DNA from: Octopus bimaculoides
Lineage: Eukaryota
Reading direction: 5' to 3'
DNA length: 48,221 nt
Assembly (NCBI RefSeq): GCF_001194135.2
Contig: NC_068995.1
Coordinates: forward strand, 46,618,496 to 46,666,716
Under the pieces are notes generated by a model, which did no database searches, was not told the DNA's origin, and saw nothing but the letters and a program-made list of their open reading frames with translations. Made by a program: the position numbers and the translations under genes. Shown one piece after another: positions 47,271-48,221 of the stretch. Within the stretch, counting starts at the first letter, position 1. Every line of letters starts with the position of its first letter.

Positions 47271-47912
47271 CTGGAAACACCATGTGAGGACGCAAAAATA
47301 TATTAAATGACTAACAAATAGATATAACTGGGAACAACACGTACGAAAAGAAAAATGGTAATGATTGAAGTAGAAATATGTCACAGAGAATTGAACTAGA
47401 ATCATACAGATTCAACCTACTGTAGACCAAATATATGTGTAATGACTAATAATCAAATCCCTTTCTATTTTTATGAGATTTCCCCTAGATTTTTACCTCT
47501 ACCTATTTTCGCCACCGATAAAGGAACGTTTCTATCAACCGCCATCACTCCCGTTATAATTCATCATCATTATCATCATGATTATCACCAGCGTACTCAG
47601 CACTATGGCAAATAATGCTAAATATCGCTCACCGATATAACGTCCTACATCTGTAGAACACTGATATATCCATAAATGGACGGGTCTCAACAGAGTGATG
47701 GCAGGACAGCTTGGTTGGTGGTGGGAAACTTTGAACTTGGAAATAAGAAAAAAAGATCAGACATGAAGAAATAAATTATAAAAGTACACAATAAAAAACT
47801 AAACGAAATAAGAAATAAATAAAATAAAGTATAACATATGGAGAAATATATTTAAATATATAAACCCGGGTACTTTTCGTAATTTTTGGTGATTTCATTT
47901 AAACTTATCTGT

Positions 47913-48006
47913 TCAGTGAATTGAAGTTAAAATGGCGGACACATATCTGGAAAAGATTGCCGGAAGCAAGATTCAACCGAGAAGTTTCAGACAGTCAAAA
48001 GTGCGT
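47913..48006 (+). promoter_or_regulatory. Possible transcription start and first coding exon
   Basis: TCAGTG (Inr-like) at 47913, AAAATGGCGG (YY1/Kozak-like) with ATG at 47932, 23 codons MADTYLEKIAGSKIQPRSFRQSK, then a weak donor GTGCGT at 48001. Confidence 0.22.
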
Positions 48007-48116
48007 TCTGTCTCAATTCTGGAATCCATAATTAAATGAACATTACTTTATATGCAAAACATTCATATACATATACATCTGTTTGTGATATACATACATA
48101 CATACATACATACATT

Positions 48117-48162
<46 letters not shown>

Positions 48163-48221
48163 ATATATCCAAATGATTATATATATGCATACACACGCAC
48201 AAACACATACACACTTATATA

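Overview
AT-rich eukaryotic genomic DNA that is saturated with microsatellites and has 15 N-gaps, most of them flanked by (TA)n, (CA)n or (GAA)n. The repeat content (several tRNA-derived SINE families, mariner MITEs, an R4/Dong LINE, RTE LINEs) points to an octopus, probably Octopus bimaculoides; this is inferred from remembered repeat families, not from a search. Nearly all supplied ORFs are artefacts of simple repeats or gaps. The protein-level homologies I can support are all decayed transposon pieces: a mariner transposase N-half (4190-4905, -), a Tc1/Tc3-like transposase piece (11831-12377, +), an R4/Dong CCHC plus restriction-like endonuclease (18540-19250, -), an RTE C-terminus with zinc finger (23800-24330, +), a Pif1/Helitron helicase motif VI (34167-34280, -) and a weak ancient RT remnant (42865-43110, +). 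No host gene could be named. There are candidate exons, most notably three phase-compatible microexons at 31085-31516. The most interesting structures are a ~420-bp inverted duplication with SINE-head breakpoints, a 129-bp palindrome, Penelope-type hammerhead-like motifs, and the helicase fragment flanked by 15-bp direct repeats. I found no rRNA, true tRNA or CRISPR, and no clearly demonstrable new biological system. Most repeat boundaries are approximate (about +/-10 bp).
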